From Candidatus Bipolaricaulia bacterium (GTDB taxonomy: Bacteria; Bipolaricaulota; Bipolaricaulia; JBHIAT01), in the NCBI GenBank assembly GCA_046758705.1, contig JBHIAT010000072.1, positions 1 to 16,589 on the forward strand: a stretch of 16,589 bases of DNA, written 5' to 3'. The notes below the pieces were generated by a model that worked only from the letters and a program-made list of their open reading frames with translations, was not told the origin of the DNA and did not search any database. Made by a program: the position numbers and the translations under genes. This document shows positions 14,818-16,589 of the stretch, piece by piece. How positions within the stretch are numbered: the first letter of the stretch is position 1; each line of letters begins with the position of its first letter.

Positions 14818-16589
14818 TCATGCCAATCCTTTGCGCTTCAGATGCTCTCTCAGCTGGATCGTTTCATGGCCTCCGGTCCCGGTCTCCGGCTCCTCCAGGG
14901 GTTCCTCGACATTCAGGTACCTCATGCTCAAGCGCACTTGACGCTTCTCATCGTTGATGCCGATGATCTTCGCCTTGACCATATCCCCAACGGTGAGCAC
15001 CTCTTGAGGGGTGGAGATGGACTCTTCGCTGATCTCGGAGACATGGATCAGTCCCTCAACGTCATCGGTGATCCTGAGGAACGCGCCGAAGTCCTTGATG
15101 TTGGTGATCTCGCCGCGTACGATCGACCCGGTGAAGTAGCGATCTTGGAAGTCCTTCCAGGGATCTTCCTTCAGTTCCCGGAGGCTGAGGGAGATCTTCC
15201 GTCGGGTGTGGTCGGATCGCAGGATCTTCGCCTCAATCTCGTCCCCTTCCGATAGCACATCCGCGGGGTGCTCAACATGGCCCCAATCGAGTTCGGAGAC
15301 GTGGATTAAGCCTTCGACACCCTCCTCCAGCTTCACGAATGCGCCGAAGTCGGTGAGTTTGGTCACCACCCCGTCCACCACCGCGCCCTCCGGATACTTC
15401 TCCTCGACATCCTGCCAAGGATCGGACTGAGCACGGCGCATTGAAAGACTAATCCGGTGGCGTTTCTCATCGGTGGCCAGCACCGCGACCTCGACCGGGT
15501 CTCCCGGGCCGACGACCTGCCGAGGATCGTCAGTATGCTCCCAACTCATCTCGGAGACGTGAACCAGGCCTTCGACGTCCGGTTCCAGCTCGACGAACGC
15601 ACCGAAGTCGGTGACGTCAACAACCGTCCCCGAAAACTTCTCACCCACCGGATACTTCTCGGCGAGGTTCTCCCAAGGGTTGGGGCGTAGGCGCTTGATG
15701 CTGAGTGAGATCCGTTCCTTCTCCCGGTCGAAATCGAGGACCTTCACCTCGACTTGATCCCCCTCCTGGTAATCCTTGGGCGGGACGGGGAGGTCCTTCC
15801 AATTGATCTCCGAGACGTGAATCAAGCCCTCGAAGCCGCCGATGTCCACGAACATCCCGAAATCGACGATGCTCCTGATCTCCCCGGATAGGACTTGGTC
15901 GTCCTCCAGGCTCTCGAACAATTCGTCCTTGCGCTTCTCCTCCAGGTCCCGCAGGTACTCCCGATGGGAGATGACGATGTTGCGATCTCGCTGATTCAAC
16001 TCCAGAATCTTGAAGTCGATCTCCTTGCCCGTGAGCGACTCGATGTCGCTTGGTAGGTCGTTGCCGAGGTGAGAGCCCGGCAGGAACGACCGAATCCCGT
16101 TCAGGTTCACATGATATCCGGCATCTTTGACCTCGTCTTTGATGATTCCCTTGACCGGATCTTGATTGCGGAACGCTTCCTCCAGGACCTCCATCCGCTT
16201 CTCGAACTCCGCCTGACGCTCCGAAATGTAGACGGTCCCGTTCTCCTCGTCGATATAGGTGACCAGCACATCGATCTCCTCGTCCTCAACTGGGTCTTGA
16301 TCCCGGTAGGGGGAGATCTCGCGTCGAGGCATAATACCCTCGGATTTGTAGCCGATGTCGACGAGGATCTCCTTGTCGGTTACCTGTACCACACTGCCTT
16401 CGATGATGTCGCCGCGCGTGTATGTGCGTACATCGCTCCCCTCGAAGGCATCTTCCATCTTGACCCGCTCAACCCGCGCTTCTCGGACTTCGACCGTCTC
16501 GACCTGCTGCTCCTCAACACGGGGTTCCATCTCTTCGACCTGCTGCTCCTCAACACGGGGTTCCATCTCTTCGACCTGCTGCTCCTCAA
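14818..16589 (-). CDS. rpsA: 30S ribosomal protein S1, six S1 domains (true start probably beyond the window)
   Basis: VDIGYKSEG, FLPGSH, and four DFGxFx(x)...EGLI/VHVSE repeats. The frame is still open at the window edge (EEQQVEE precedes the ATG at 16566). Confidence 0.95.
   Translation of the reverse strand, partial: EEQQVEEMEPRVEEQQVEEMEPRVEEQQVETVEVREARVERVKMEDAFEGSDVRTYTRGDIIEGSVVQVTDKEILVDIGYKSEGIMPRREISPYRDQDPVEDEEIDVLVTYIDEENGTVYISERQAEFEKRMEVLEEAFRNQDPVKGIIKDEVKDAGYHVNLNGIRSFLPGSHLGNDLPSDIESLTGKEIDFKILELNQRDRNIVISHREYLRDLEEKRKDELFESLEDDQVLSGEIRSIVDFGMFVDIGGFEGLIHVSEINWKDLPVPPKDYQEGDQVEVKVLDFDREKERISLSIKRLRPNPWENLAEKYPVGEKFSGTVVDVTDFGAFVELEPDVEGLVHVSEMSWEHTDDPRQVVGPGDPVEVAVLATDEKRHRISLSMRRAQSDPWQDVEEKYPEGAVVDGVVTKLTDFGAFVKLEEGVEGLIHVSELDWGHVEHPADVLSEGDEIEAKILRSDHTRRKISLSLRELKEDPWKDFQDRYFTGSIVRGEITNIKDFGAFLRITDDVEGLIHVSEISEESISTPQEVLTVGDMVKAKIIGINDEKRQVRLSMRYLNVEEPLEEPETGTGGHETIQLREHLKRKGLA
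16499..16589. repeat. Perfect 36-bp tandem repeat, at least 2.5 copies, in frame in rpsA
   Basis: Unit GACCTGCTGCTCCTCAACACGGGGTTCCATCTCTTC at 16501-16536 and 16537-16572, partial copy at 16573-16589. Encodes VEEQQVEEMEPR. Confidence 0.95.

Noticed and set aside
16499..16589. 36-bp repeat as a CRISPR array
   Set aside because: Units are head-to-tail with no spacers, lie in frame within rpsA, and no cas genes are present.
1..16589. Defence system, mobile element, tRNA/rRNA, or stop-codon recoding
   Set aside because: No integrase, transposase, nuclease or cloverleaf signal was seen, and all recognised proteins end at family-typical C-termini.

Overview
GC-rich bacterial chromosomal window of core housekeeping genes. 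I found no mobile elements, RNA genes or CRISPR array. In order: the 3' tail of a probable purB, then ileS (type 2), birA (no HTH) and purA on the plus strand; a minus-strand flavin reductase + GlcD/D-lactate-dehydrogenase-like pair; an orphan membrane protein; an M20 ArgE/DapE-like hydrolase; ilvE-gltX (minus) divergent from a stand-alone Lrp/AsnC ligand-binding domain + argF (plus); and a minus-strand run rpsA-plsY-HU-pyrR. Several sigma70-type promoters with exact 17-bp spacing can be read directly. I cannot support a wholly new multi-gene system. The best leads are: a stand-alone PyrR whose known RNA-binding residues are substituted, behind a leader that can fold two ways; overlapping divergent promoters linking ilvE with a RAM-only protein and an OTCase with altered motifs (SLRT, HDLP); a perfect 36-bp in-frame tandem repeat at the N-terminus of ribosomal protein S1; and a flavin reductase paired with a GlcD-type dehydrogenase instead of a monooxygenase. 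All family calls come from motif recognition by eye, not database searches.
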